Shown here: one piece after another, positions 14,299 through 28,536 of the stretch
Layout: the number at the start of each line of letters is the position of its first letter
Numbering within the stretch: the stretch's first letter is position 1
Assembly: GCA_030141605.1 (NCBI GenBank)
Contig: JAQGDQ010000948.1
Coordinates: 13,837-77,836, forward strand
Direction of reading: 5' to 3'
Length of the DNA stretch: 64,000 nt
DNA from: Tubiluchus corallicola
Taxonomy: Eukaryota > Animalia > Priapulida
The notes under the pieces: model-generated
Databases searched by the model: none
Told to the model about the DNA's origin: nothing
Seen by the model: only the letters and a program-made list of their open reading frames with translations
Program-made: the position numbers and the translations under genes

Positions 14299-14392
14299 CG
14301 AGAGAGACAGAGGGAAAGATTGAGAAAGAGAGAGAGGACGAGGGAGTGAGAGAGAAAGAGAGAAAGTGAGAGAGGATGAGGGAGAGAGAGAG

Positions 14393-14456
<64 letters not shown>

Positions 14457-15072
14457 GAGAGACAAAGAGAGAGAGAGATAGAGAGAGCCATTGAACGCAA
14501 AGAAACATCCTGTTTTTGTTCCAGGAACGACATGGATGCAAGCTGTGGTCTGGCTAATCATGAATGAAGTGGACACGACCTGGAATGGACAACAATTAAT
14601 AGATCTTGTTCCTATGATAGAACAACCATTTAGACCTACTGAGGAAATTATGTTGGGTGATGCTGCTGTTAACGTCGACTGGGAGACGAAATCATCTCCT
14701 AGGATTTTTAAAACCCACATTCCTCTTCACCTGTTGAGTTCAGACATCACGGAGGGAAGGAGGCGTCCCAAGGTACCAGCATTCAGTATTAAAAGACAAC
14801 AATCGTGAAATTGACAAAAAATGACAGTTTAACAGCAAACTAAAAAGGCAAAGTTACACAGCTATGATTATGACGACAATGAAGATGATGGCGATACGTT
14901 GATAATGATGATGACATCGATGGAGACAACAATCATAAAGGTTATGATCTCAATGATATTGTTGCATAAATAATTACAAAGGTGACGGTGGTAACAGCAG
15001 CATCAGAAAATGATGATGGAACTAAAAATTGGTCTAATGATGATATCAGTAATAGTACTGTTTATGATGATA

Positions 15073-15106
<34 letters not shown>

Positions 15107-15125
15107 CGATGACGATGACGATGAC

Positions 15126-15176
<51 letters not shown>

Positions 15177-18100
15177 GATGATGATGATGATAACGAGGCT
15201 TAAAATACAATTATGACAATTTATAACAAGACGGCAGCATGAATGAATGTTGATGATCATGATGAAAATGACAATATTGATAAAGGTGATACCGATGATG
15301 ATGGTGTTTTGTGATTTGTTAAGATGCTGCTCAAACGTTGCGATAGATCTAATCTCTTAGTTGAACTGGTAAGCAGCAAACTAACTAGCAGAGTTGGGCG
15401 GATAGCGGATTGCGATCATGCGATCGCGGAATCCGCATAAATTGCGGATTACGGATAGTGAATGCGGATGCGGATTTTTAATTGCCTAAAATCGCTGATT
15501 TTACCCGAAATTGGAGCACGCAAAATCCACTTATGTAAAGTAAATTGTTTGCACAAAGAGTTTACCCAGTTTCAGTTCTTTATTCCTTGGCAGTCACCCA
15601 TCCAAGTACTCTACGTTGCTTAACTTCGGTGATCAGACGAGAACCGGTGTTTTCAACATGATATGGGCGTAGTAATTACAATTTGCTTATAATTACATAT
15701 ATCACAATTGTTTGCTCGAGCCTATTGTGGTTTGTGGTGTGGTGTGATGGGTATGATATGATTGAGTGACGTACTATGTGTGGTGTGGTGTGATGGGTAT
15801 GGTATGATTGAGTGATGTACTACGTACAATGTACTTCATGCTGTGTAAATTGTTGTTGAAGGTTTACAAGTAAAATTGGGGTCTGGCTAGTAATTTATTA
15901 CTGCTTCGCGATTGTAACTCCTGGCTTTATGCAAAAAATTGTTATAGGGTACACGTAGCAAGCCTAGTTGTTGCCTACATATTTGCGGAACATGCGGTTA
16001 CGCGATCCTCATTTTTCACTCAATCCGCGGAATTTGCTGATGCGGAATGTACAATTGCGGATTTTGCAAATGCGGATTTTTAATTGCGGATTTCGCGGTT
16101 GCGGATAATCGAGAAAGTGATAACCGCCCGTCTTTGCTAACTAACTATACCCAGATTTAACCTATTTAACAGATAATCTACGTGACGCGGAACCCGAAGG
16201 ACACGTTGGCTTCCTTCTACTACTTTGAAACGGGTTTTAACCTGCCGCCTCCGTTTACAGACACAAAGCCGTCAACGTTTGAAGAGTTTTTCCAACGTTT
16301 CATGACTGGAGCATGTACGTACGTAATGCCACGTTTGAACAGGCCTTTAGAAGTGGTACATGATAACTAGTTCAAGAACGTAATGGCACACACAGACAAT
16401 AGTGGGTGCTTGGGTTATGGGATGTTTAATTACGTCTAAACGGATGAAACTATAATCACCAACTTAGCACAAAGATAGGTTACCCAAACACCACGTTGCT
16501 TGACCTGTGATACAAATTCTACTTCTCTCACGTGCTCCGGAGTAAAGGACAGCTGTGTTAAATAGTGATTTTGATTAAATTGGTGATTAAATTATTAAAT
16601 TAATAATTCAAGATTAAATGCTTGACAATGCAAGATTAAACTATCGTCGTGGATAGAAGCCTAGTTAGGTGTGGCATCACGTGATCAGCTGATGTTCGAC
16701 CGGCTGACTCAGATGTAGAGATTGATGATGTAATCCTTATGCGCAGAAGCTCACGGCGCATTAGGTAGTTAGACAAAAGTGTTTTGAGCCCCGCACCTCG
16801 AGAGAGATTAGGAACTGACTTGAAGACGGAGGGCTGGCATTACTATCCTCTTATATTTACCGTGTTGTGGTTGTTGTTTAATAAATGTGTAGTTTATTAA
16901 ATAAAGTCTTGATAGTTTGCCATGCCCATCGTGGCTACCTCACACGCCACACAATAAACAACAATAATCAGCAAGCAGCATTAACCAGAAGAATAAATGG
17001 ACTTTGACCAATTATTTTACTGCTAACGTGACCAGGATTCGAACCTGGGTTATTGCGGCCCCACAGTATAAAGAAGAATAAAGAAAAAGACTTATCATAT
17101 GAATATTATCGATAATAATGAGTGAAAATAGAGGGTGTTGCAGTAGCACAGTACCTATACACGAGCCGCCACTGCTTACAAGTGAAAATGAAGTCTGGTC
17201 TGAATGTCCTCTCCTTTTCTTTTAAATCAACGTGGTTCACCTTAGTTAAAAACAAAAATTAATTATGTTTTTAAAAAAATTATTCGATAGAAAAGCTTAA
17301 AAGTGCATCCTGGCTTAGAATAAAGACCCACAAGGGGTACAATATGATTTAGTACAAGTTAAATAATGATTCGCCTTTTGTTGATACAAAAATGCCATTA
17401 ATTTTTTTTACGTAAACTTTTGCCAATAATAAGCTTAAAGATTTTTTTACTTTTAGATTTGACGATTTGTCAATTATTAATACGAATAATTATAGCAATT
17501 TCCCTAAGCAGAAAAATAAATCCAAATTGTATTTTTGCTCTTTTGTTTTTTTTTTGTAAAAGAATGCATGTTTTATAAACAAAGATATACCCGTCAATTA
17601 TAGTAAGTTTAAATAAAAAGATTAGCTTAACAAAAAAAAACTTAAAATAAAGGTTAAAAATTTGTCATAACATGGATACGGATATTGGACAGAAGAAAAC
17701 CATTTTAATTACTCTAAATTTAAATTCATGTTGTATTGTCATCATACTTTTTTGAGTTTTGGATAGTGCTGCCACCTTCAGGTGTTCTTGTTAAAATTGT
17801 TAAAGCTTTCTCTTTCCTGTTTAAATTTTCATTGGCTTCTACAGTCTTTATGAATGCATAATCTCTAAACCTATTTTCACACCTAAATGATTTCACTGTA
17901 GTTTTGGTCACTTGGTTTTCTGCTTTTCAACATGACACTACTTCACTGTTTATGTAGACATTTCAGAATAAATCTTAAAAGTAAATTTCAAGTTTTTTGT
18001 TTCTTCAAACTAGATATATAACTCAAAAATATGGATATATATATATAATGCTGTTTTTTAGGTCAGTTTGGTTGTTATTGGAAGCACAATAAAGAAGTAT

Positions 18101-19133
18101 GGGAACATAGAGATTATGACAATGTTCACTTTATTCATTACGAAGCCATGCTGAAGGTATGACGTCATATTATCTCGTAAAATTTGTGTATCTTTTTGTT
18201 CGATAATGGACAGAAATGGTAGAGCAAACGATCTGTTTAGTAAGGGCACAAAAATTTTCTCATTAAGATATCTCATTAAGGTAATGGATAATACTAGCTG
18301 ACAAGAAGTGCTGTCAAACAATGAGAATTCATCAATCACAGAAGAAAAAGAACAATGAACAATGAACAATGAACTGAACAATTTCACAATAGCATTTTTG
18401 ATTGTTTATTTTCCCTCGATGATTTCGGGATTCTAATAATTACAGGATCCTGCGACGCACGTGAAGAAAATTGCAGAGTTTTTGGGCAAAAGTTTGACAG
18501 AAGATGAAATCGCAACCGTCGTAAACGAGACGAGTTTTAAGTCAATGTCACAGAACGACAGGCTGTGCTATGAACACGTTCGCAAGGAGAACAGGCTTCA
18601 AGGTGCCACACCTTTCTTTAGAAAAGGTAATTATTGTGCAAGCCATGGGCGTTGATGTGACAGAAAAGTCATAGTCAATGCAAAAGTTTTTATGGAAAGA
18701 GAACGAGAGAGAAGGGGAAGGAAAGAGAGAGAAAGAAAGAAAGAGACAGAGAAAGAAAGAATGAGAGAGAGACAGACAGACGAACAGACAGACAGATAGA
18801 CAGACAGACAGATGGCTGACGGTTGAACAGACACACAAACAGACGGACAGACAGGCGGATAGAGAGACAAACAGACGGACGGACAGACAACAGACGGGGT
18901 GATAGACGGACAGAGAGACAGACAGACTGACGGACGGACAGACACACAGACAGAGAGGGAGGCACACAGACAGAGTTGGGTGACATTGAACTGATTACTT
19001 TTTCATTTTTGTTGTTTCAGGGATGGTGGGAGATTGGAAAAACCATTTGACAGTTGCAATGAGTAGAAAAATAGACGAATTTAACGAAGAATATTTCAGA
19101 GATACTGGACTGATCCATGACTATGGAGATTAA
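13772..19133 (+). CDS. Cytosolic sulfotransferase (SULT1-like), 6 coding exons, 310 aa
   Basis: Exons 13772-13925, 14525-14772, 16173-16314, 18062-18156, 18446-18626, 19021-19133; all GT-AG and phase-consistent (933 nt). Motifs: TYPKCGTTW (5'-PSB), KTH (catalytic His), RNPKD...S (3'-PB), FRKGMVGDWKNH. The 95- and 181-nt exons match the canonical SULT1 gene structure. Confidence 0.93.
13968..14488. repeat. (GA)n-rich microsatellite filling SULT intron 1
   Basis: Direct inspection. Confidence 0.95.
15063..15192. repeat. (GAT)n microsatellite
   Basis: Direct inspection. Confidence 0.95.
15389..16136. mobile_element. hAT-like MITE with GCGGAT subterminal repeats
   Basis: Imperfect TIR CAGAGTTGGGCGG ... 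CCGCCCGTCTTTG; 8-bp TSD ctaactag/ctaactaa; many gcggat motifs near both ends. Confidence 0.7.
15581..15673 (-). pseudogene. 5S rRNA-derived pseudogene or fragment
   Basis: Reverse complement CTACGCCCATATCATGTTGAAAACACCGGTTCTCGTCTGATCACCGAAGTTAAGCAACGT--AGTACTTGGATGGGTGACTGCC.AGGAATA matches metazoan 5S, with a ~10-nt internal deletion and no 3' end. Confidence 0.85.
16550..17066 (-). mobile_element. Interspersed repeat with tRNA-His-like head fragment (putative SINE)
   Basis: Reverse complement of 17021-17066 reads CTGTGGGGCCGCAATAACCCAGGTTCGAATCCTGGTCACG (like the tRNA-His 3' half, with B box); the body matches 58327-58830 in opposite orientation. Confidence 0.6.
18697..18975. repeat. Degenerate (GA)/(GACA)n microsatellite
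   Basis: Direct inspection. Confidence 0.85.
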
Positions 19134-19299
19134 CTACAGAACATAATCATAGGTCTAAAAGAATGAATATAATTGTATTTTTTATTATACCAATAATTGT
19201 AAGCGTTTTTATATGTTACTGAAATCCAGTTTTCCCCAAACTAGCATACTAATTCTCGCGTTTATAAAAAATCTACCAAAAATTATATATTAACCAATA

Positions 19300-20130
19300 T
19301 GTTAATAATACTAGCATCCTGTAAGACATTAACATTTCAAGAAACCCGTAAAACATTAGCAAACCGGGCATCCAGTGACACATTAATAATAATTCACCAT
19401 CCAGTAAGACATTAATAATTCTAGCATCCAGTAAGACATTATTAATTCTAGCATCCAGTAAGACATTAAGAACTCTAGTGACCAGTGAGACATTATTAAT
19501 TCTAGCATCCAGTAAGACATTAAGAACTCTAGTGACCAGTGAGACATTATTAATTCTAGCATCCAGTAAGACATTAAGAACTCTAGTGACCAGTGAGACA
19601 TTATTAATTCTAGCATCCAGTAAGACATTAAGAACTCTAGTGACCAGTGAGACATTATTAATTCTAGCATCCAGTAAGACATTAAGAACTCTAGTGACCA
19701 GTGAGACATTAATAATTCTAGCATCCAGTAAGACATTAATAATTCCACCATCTAGTAAGACATTAATAATTCTAGCATCCAGTTAGAAATTAACAATTCT
19801 AGCATCCAGTAAGACATTAATAAATCTAGCATCCAGTAAGACATTAATAATTCCACCATCTAGTAAGACGTTAATAATTCCACCATCTAGTAAGACCTTA
19901 ATAATTCCACCATCTAGTAAGACCTTAATAATTCCACCATCCAGTAAGACGTTAATAATTCTAGGATCCAGTTAGACATTAACAATTCTAGCATCCAGTA
20001 AGACATTAATAAATCTAGCATCCAGTAAGACATTAATAATTCCACCATCCAGTAAGACCTTAATAATTCCACCATCCAGTAAGACGTTAATAATTCTAGG
20101 ATCCAGTAAGACATTAATAATTCTAGCATT
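19300..20130. repeat. 27-bp minisatellite with a 54-bp dimer sub-array
   Basis: catccagtaagacattaataattctag units, about 30 copies, downstream of the SULT stop codon. Confidence 0.9.
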
Positions 20131-20900
20131 CAGTGAGGTGTATGTAATTATTTTTAAACATAAGTTTACAGGTTAACTGACTGTCACTAGTGAATACAGA
20201 CACATTCACTGCTTTCTGCAACGTACTAATAATACATTATGTTTAATTTCAAACGTTGTAATCACGTAGTTATGTCAGTTATTTTTCCACCTGAATATGC
20301 TCACAATAACTGAATAACCTGACATTAGCTAAAATTTACAGTCATCATGCAGAGACCAGATGCCTAGTAACACGTCAGATGTCTAGAAAAGATTGCCCAC
20401 ATTGCCCCAAGAAAATAATGGCCAACAAAGCTTATTACGTATTTCACTGATTTGCCTGAAGTCGCTAAAAATAATGAATATTAATTTAATAAATGGCATA
20501 TCAGCAAAACATAAATCATTTGCACAGCTGCAGAGGCCGTGATTCTATCAAGTTCCACGGTGGCGAGAGACAAAATACTCTCATTATTACTAAGCTTTGC
20601 TTACTGGCGATGTATGAACCAATACAGCTGTTTGATGACAATCAGAAAGATGAGAATAGAGAATATTGTGATTGCAAACAAGATTTGGCCTTTCAGCTGT
20701 CATAGCGTATAGACTGATTGCAATAATTCTGTGTTATTCACTGCTGAAACCTATTGCATGGCTGTCTGTGGCTTAACTAACAATACCCAAGATTAGAGTT
20801 TACTTGTCATGTCATGTCTTGTCATGCCCTCACAGTGATAACAAAACATTGGGTGGTATTTCGTGTGATTGTCTGTAAGGGCTTTCTAGATGTTACTGTT

Positions 20901-21087
20901 GTGCCCTCTAGTGGTAACTACACGTAATATGTTCTGGTAAGCTTGAAAGAGATTCTAACACAATCCATCGGCCATACAACCAGGTTATCAACAGACGACA
21001 TGTTATCTAGAAGAACTCTTGAAAGCCGCAACATCAATGGGGAGCCTGAATCGATTTTCTAGATGTTACTGATGTGCCCTCTAGTGG
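20901..21087 (-). promoter_or_regulatory. Two CTCF-consensus motifs (20901-20914, 21074-21087) in a 173-bp tandem duplication upstream of variable exon V1
   Basis: gtgccctctagtgg is the reverse complement of CCACTAGAGGGCAC, matching core CCACYAGRKGGCRS. Motif match only. Confidence 0.45.
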
Positions 21088-21172
21088 TAACTACATGTAA
21101 TATGTTCTGGTAAGCTTGAAAGAGATTCTAACATAATCCATCGTCCATACAACCAGGTTATCAACAGACGGC

Positions 21173-22381
21173 ATGTTGTCCAGAAGAACTCTTGAAAGCC
21201 GCGACATCAACGAGGAGTCTGAACCGATTCAAAGAAAGCAGAGAAAACGTGGCGTCTATGGTTTACATGATTTCTGCGTGTCTAATGTCAAGGTTGCTCC
21301 GACGCCTGCTGTTTTGAACGAAATTCTGAATGACTCAAAAAACACCGAGTGTTACTGCCGACGAAAACGACGGTCTGAAAGAAATAGGGACAACGCCAAG
21401 TGCCCATCATTGTGTGGCCCGACAAACCGTTGGATAGATATGTGGGATGGGTTTGTCGTATTGGGAACAGCCTTAAAATTTGGCGGTATTTGGCCTTTTT
21501 CCTTACCAAGCCAGGAAAAGAGCAATAATATCATCGAAATGTTACATCTTTTATACACTTCTGTAGTCTTGGCGATGCTATGCTTTCAGACATTCAGTCT
21601 GCCTTACAACGCATTTCAATTTTCAGCTGAAAACGGTACCGGTACCACCACATACGTTTTGGTAAATTACATGGCTGAAGCCAGCTGGTACCTACAAGCT
21701 GTTATATTTGGAATGGTGATGATTTTTATTCGCAAGAAATTTCCTCGTTTGGTAAATGGATGGTCGGAGAAGCTTAACCGCGATGGAAGCGACAAAGACG
21801 TCGTCAGATTCATGCAGAAATCATCATTGTTGATACTTCTGTACGCATTGTTGATGCTTGTGCAAGCGATTTACGTCACAACCGAATTTACGTGGGAGAA
21901 TTTCGCAATGTATGAAATTCCATTTTACACATTTGGTTTAGACGTTTATTCTTGGGACACCCCTTACAAGGAAATCGCAATGACGTGTTCCTATCTTACA
22001 GGGATCTGGGCGTACATTTTCATCGACTGGCCCCAGCTTGTTGTGTTTCTATGTTGCTTCGTGTTTATTGAGCAGCTCGAACGAGCGAACAGGAAAATTA
22101 AAAGCATTGCCGAAACAAAAGATGCAATCTTGATTGGTGAAAACATTGGCCACTTACGACTGGAGCATCAAAATATCTGCAGAAAGATAAGCGAATTTAG
22201 CGACCTGTTTGAAACCGTCACAACTTTGCGATACGCTTTTGACGTTTTTACAGTTCTGGTTGTTATCTATATAGCCCTGATTGAAAGTCACAATCACACT
22301 TTGGCTAATTCTTTGGACATTGTGGAAACTGTTTCCTATTTCATTCTCTTCAGCTACGTTGGATCACAACTGAATATTAAG
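21173..22381 (+). CDS. Gustatory receptor-like (7TM chemoreceptor) variable exon V1, 403 codons
   Basis: Multi-TM ORF homologous to V2-V7 (WDGF..LKFGGIWPF, IWAYIFIDWPQL, LRxxHQNICR); ends NIK|GTTAGT, phase 0. Confidence 0.9.
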
Positions 22382-22485
22382 GTTAGTAAGTTATATTATC
22401 ACTGTCAAATTTTCGTGGGTCAATGAATTAATTTTGGTTTTTTCTTGCGACAGTTTGTGCATAAAAATTACAGTAGCCATATTAA

Positions 22486-22917
22486 CCCTTTCATACCCGT
22501 TGTATCCCGTGGGATGCGAGAATATTTTCTGCCTTTAAAATTAATAAAATTTTAAAACTGACAGTTATTTGATCTGTTAATAGTTATTTTTCTTTAAGCC
22601 AATAACAATAGACTAAAATGGTGATAAAATGGCAAACTAGAAAATCTACGTAGCATAAAAACTGCGCTAGGTACAGATCAGCACAGCATGCATACTAAAT
22701 GTCTTAAATACTTTAGAAAATTATCAGCAGTTGCAAAATGAAGCACATTTTATGCTTCCATTGAATCCCAATGTATCCCGTGGGATACAGGCTATACTTA
22801 ACACGCGGGCATAGGTAGAAAAATAGTTACTATGTGTAAACAAGATAGACATACTGAACAAAAGTACCAAGCCAAAAAATTTTTTCTTATTAAAAAAATA
22901 ATTTGGGACTGAAAGGG
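22486..22917. mobile_element. piggyBac-like MITE
   Basis: TTAA|CCCTTTCA ... TGAAAGGG|TTAA; internal repeated tgtatcccgtgggat. Confidence 0.8.
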
Positions 22918-23219
22918 TTAAGCTCTTGTGACAATTTGGGCATACAAATTACAATAGCCACATTAAGGTCAACAGCAGCAGAAGCCTCAAAGACAATATT
23001 GTTGACTATATTCACGGCAACGGTAACAACTACAGCGACGCCAACAAATACGGCAAGTATTGCTGCAACATTTGCAAAAGGCAGTAGATTAGACCACGAT
23101 AGCTATTATGTTGACAACAATGATGCCTGTCGACAACACAAGAATTATGACGACTAAAATTTTAATGATAACTGCAATCCTGAATAGCACAATACGATGG
23201 ATAACAAAAAACAGATTTA

Positions 23220-23935
<716 letters not shown>

Positions 23936-24160
23936 TATTCTATGTTGCACAATGGAGCAGTTAAGAAACACGTGTTAACCCACTGCTACCTGAAGCGAAC
24001 CCTGAATTCTTCAACACCTGCTAAATTAAAACACCCCATAAAAAACGGCAGAAGAGTGGCAAAGAAGAGCACTGGAAAAACAACAATTCAACTAAGTGAA
24101 AACTAAAATTGCTAATTTGTAAGTCAGGTTATTTGATTTCACGACTGAATTCGTTTCACC

Positions 24161-24240
24161 GGCGCCATAGAGAGGTGGATCTGTTTACTGAAGCCCCACT
24201 AAGCACTTGCGCTATTGAAGTTTATATGTGGAAGCCGATC
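24161..24240 (+). promoter_or_regulatory. Conserved upstream element of the variable exons (copy before V2; others at ~26651, 30375, 33953, 37545, 40587)
   Basis: GCCATRGASRGGTG.at.tgtt..tactgaa..c...ta.gca.ttgcg motif lies ~555-800 nt upstream of each ATG and is kept between otherwise diverged spacers. Confidence 0.5.
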
Positions 24241-24744
24241 AACTAACACTCACAGTGATATGACAATCGTTTCGGTGCAGGTGCAGCATGTTCCATAGAT
24301 ATCAATTTCACAAATAGCTGTGAAAATATTTCTGACGAGAAAAATAGCGTGAACAGTTTTACTATGAAAATTTAATTACTTTTTATTGAGCAGCATATGT
24401 AGCGTTGGCATGATTACTAATCTATGCAAATGCAGCAATACTACCTCTCAAAGAACTGCAGGTGTGTGACGTAATCAGAAACCAATATCAAACTTACACT
24501 AAGAAAGAAGCAGAAGTTCTTTGGCATTTTTATCTCGATTGCGTAGCAACAGAAGCAAAAAAGGTGAAACTGAAATATGTCCTCTAGGCAACAAACATTT
24601 TTTAACAAGGCAAGACAACTGCTGCAGTTGAGGATCTCTTAAAAAATGTGACTTTGCGATGCTTTGTGACATGCCGTTTGTGTAACTGAGAAATTTTTGT
24701 GGCAACTGTTATGCGTTTTTGCGCTGCTCAAAACGCACGAATTG

Positions 24745-24912
24745 ACGCGTATAAGTTTTTGTACAATGGTTTTGTGCCACTGACATTGACGTGTATAAGT
24801 TTTTGTACAATGGTTTTGTGCCACTGACATTGACGTGTATAAGTTTTTGTACAATGGTATTCTGCCACTGACATTGACGTACAAGTTTTTGTACAATGGT
24901 TTTGTGCCACTG
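24745..24912. repeat. ~52-bp tandem repeat x3 just upstream of the V2 ATG
   Basis: gtataagtttttgtacaatggttttgtgccactgacattgac repeated; a single diverged copy lies before V3. Confidence 0.85.
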
Positions 24913-24965
24913 CACTGACAACCTTTTCAGCACTTACTACAAACCAAACAGACTAAAAAGCTAAA

Positions 24966-26189
24966 ATGTTGCCAGGCACTATTAACAACACCAATTCTGA
25001 GACCAGCGAGCAACAATATAGAGAGTCATACTGTGGTATTGAAGAAAACAATGGATGTTTTGATCGTTCTGGCATGTACTCAATAGCAACCTTAGACGTC
25101 ATACATAACGCTTCAATAAAGAGAAACTTCTACAAAGATAATCAAGACATATTTAAGGTCAAAGAGAGACGGTCTGAAAAACAGAAGAGGGAAAAATATC
25201 GTGTGAGACGTGCAGAGAAGGAAGCAGTTTGTGGTACCCAAAATGTCGTTGATATCTGGGATGGGTTCAGTTATCTCAACATTTTCCTAAAATTTGGTGG
25301 AATATGGCCGTTTGTTACTGGCACTTCTAAATTTTTCCGAAAGTTTGAAAAATGTTTTTCTATTTACACCATTCTAATATGTTTTCTACTGGCTTTCAAC
25401 ACATTAACATTGATAGTGAGCATGATACGTGATCTTTATGGAGAGATGAATGCGACACATATGATCGATTATTTAGTAGAAGTAGGGTGGTGGCTGGAAG
25501 GAGTCATAAATGGAGCTGTCATGCTAAGTATCCACAGTCACTTTCCTCAAATGATGAATGAATGGTCAGCATCTCTCAAACTCAGTGGCGACATCTATGA
25601 CACTGTTGCTTACATGAAGAAAGTGAGTTTTGCTCTCCTCAGTGTTTTAACAATAACTATGATTGGCGCCATCTATGTAACAACAGAATTTGTCTGGGAC
25701 GGTTTTGATTACAAAGAGACACCATTTTATGTGTTTGGCTATAACATCTACACTTGGGACCATCCGTATCAGGACTTGGCAGTGCTATTTTATTATGCAT
25801 CTGGAATATGGGCTTACATATTCATAGACTGGCCACAACTTGTCATAATAATGTGGAGCATTGTGATACTGCGTGAGATGGATATCATAAACAAGCAAAT
25901 AGAGGAAGTTGTCAACTCAGAAGACTCGCAACTGATCAGCAACAACATTGGACATCTGCGACAGAAACATCAAAACATATGCAGAAGAATAGTCACATTC
26001 AGCGACATGGTTGGCATCATCTCTGCAAGCAGATATGGTTTCGATATCTTCACCTTTTTGGTGGTTATCTATATGGCAATTTTTGAGGAAGGCGGTGCAC
26101 ACAAGTCCTGGAGTTATTACACTGATATACTGGAAACAGCTATATATTTCATCATATATAGTTACATTGTATCTTCCGTTAATCTTAAG
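24966..26189 (+). CDS. GRL variable exon V2, 408 codons
   Basis: Intact multi-TM ORF; ends NLK|GTAAGT, phase 0. Confidence 0.92.
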
Positions 26190-27312
26190 GTAAGTCTTGA
26201 TGATGGATGATTAAACAATGCCAAGCCTTCTGTTTTTTAAGAATTTAAGTTAATCACCACAACGTGTCCCAAAAGTTCTCTTGGTTTGACACAAAATCGA
26301 CACTAGTAATGCACTAAAAGTGACGTTTTGCTGTTACAGAACCGGTCATGGTTCAGCTGTGCTTTGGCTTATTGTTTGCTTGCTATAAACTTGCTGCAAA
26401 AATAGATTTCAATGAAATAGAGACAATTCGTTACACACATAGCAAATATTAGTGTACTATATTTCAACCACATACCAAAAACATAACTTATTACTACTAA
26501 AAACTATTTAAATAACGAAATTGACAATTACCATTATGCTGGTCATCTTAATCACGAAAACAACAATTTCTTATACAACTAAGAGAAAACGAAAAATACT
26601 ATATTGTCTCAGTCAGGCTGGTCATTTGACTGTGCAGTTCGTTTTACTGACGCCATAGACAGGTGGATCTGTTGTTACTGAAGCCCCTCTAAGCACTTGC
26701 GCTCTTCAAGCTTATATGTGGAAGCCAACCAACGAACATTTGCATGTGTAGTGTGTGCCATAGACATCAATTTCCCTAATAGCTATGAAAATATCTCTGA
26801 TGACACAAATAGCATGAACAGTTTTATTATCAAAATTGAATTACGTTTTATTGAGCGGCATACACTGGTGTTGTTTGTAGTGTTGGCAAATGACGCATTT
26901 GTAATTACATGTTGATGCAAATGTAACAATGCCGTCTCGGAAAAAAGTGTATGAGGCAGCCACTGCCCAATATTAAGCTTGTGCTAGGAAAGAAACAGAA
27001 ATTTCGTGGCACTTTTTGACGCGATCCTGTAGTAGCAGAAGCAAAAAAGAGGAACCTAAAATATAACCCTCAAGTGGCTCGCAAGCAGCAGATATTAACT
27101 ACCAAGACACCTTCTGCAGTGGTGGACATTTCAGAAGTACTTTGTCACGTACGGTTTGCATAACCCAAATGTTTTTGTGGTAGCTGTTACGTATTTTTGA
27201 ACTGCCCAAAACACACGGATTCACATGTGGAAGTTTTTGTAAATTGGGTTGATGCCACTGAAAACGTTATGAGCATTTATTAGAAATTTAGCAGACAAAA
27301 AAACTAGCTAAG

Positions 27313-28536
27313 ATGTTGTCAGGTACCGTCATCAGCACGGATTCTGAGACCAGCAAACATCATTCCAGAGAACCTAGGAGGGATTTTGATGAAAGTTTCG
27401 GTTGTTCTGGCATGTATTCAACAGCAACTTTAGATGTCATCAATAATGTTTCCATGAACAGCAACTTGCACAGAAGAAATTCAGTTAAAGTTGTTGTTAC
27501 GGTTCAAGAGAGACAATATGATAAGCAGAAGTGGGAAAAATATCTTGTAAAATGTGAAAAGCAAGAAGCAGACATTCGTGGAAGTCAAAATGTGGTAGAT
27601 ATCTGGGATGGGTTCAGTTATTTCAGTGTCTTCCTAAAATTTGGTGGAACGTGGCCTTTTGTTACTGGCACTTCTAAATTTCTCCGGAAGTTTGAAAAAT
27701 GTTATTTTGTTTATACCCTTATCATTTGCTTTCTACTGGGTTTCAACACAGTAGCTCTGATAATGAGAATAGTACGCGATTTTCACGAAGAGATGAACAC
27801 CACAAAAATGATCGAATACTTAGTAGCAGTCATTTGGTGGGTAGAAGGACTCGTACATGGAGCAGTCATGCTAAGTATCCACAGTCACTTTCCTCACATG
27901 ATGAACGAATGGTCAGCATCTCTTAGACTCAGTGGCGACATCTATGGCACTGTTGATTACATGAAGAAAGTGAGCTTTGCTCTCCTCGGTGTTTTAACAA
28001 TAACTATGATTGGCGCCATCTATGTAACAACAGAATTTGTCTGGGACGGTCTTGATTACAAAGAGCCACCATTTTATGTGTTTGGCTATAACATCTACAC
28101 TTGGGACCATCCATATCAGGAACTGGCAGTGCTATTTTATTATGCATCTGGAATATGGGCTTACATATTCATAGGATGGCCACAACTTGTCATAATAATG
28201 TGGAGCATTGTGACGCTGCGTGAGATGGATATCATAAACAAGCAAATAGAGGAAGTCGTCAACTCAGAAGACATGCAACTGATCAGCAACAACATTGGAC
28301 ATCTGCGACAGAAACATCAGAACATTTGCAGAAGAATAGTCACGTTCAGTGACATGGTTGGGGTCATCTCTGCAAGCAAATATGGTTTCGATATCTTCAC
28401 TTATTTAGTGTTGATATATATGGCAATTTTTGAGGAAGGCGGTGCACACAAGTCCTGGGGATATTACACTGACATACTTGAATCAACTACGTATTTCATC
28501 ATATACAGTTATGTGGTATCTTCTGTTAATCTTAAG
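27313..28536 (+). CDS. GRL variable exon V3, 408 codons
   Basis: Intact ORF; ends NLK|GTAAGT, phase 0. Confidence 0.92.

Noticed and set aside
15581-15673. Functional 5S rRNA gene
   Set aside because: Internal deletion in the control region, 3' truncation and location inside a MITE.
17021-17066. Functional tRNA-His
   Set aside because: Only the 3' half is present and the anticodon arm is degenerate.
19383-20129. Repeat ORFs or a CRISPR-like array
   Set aside because: 27-bp minisatellite with contiguous units and no spacers.
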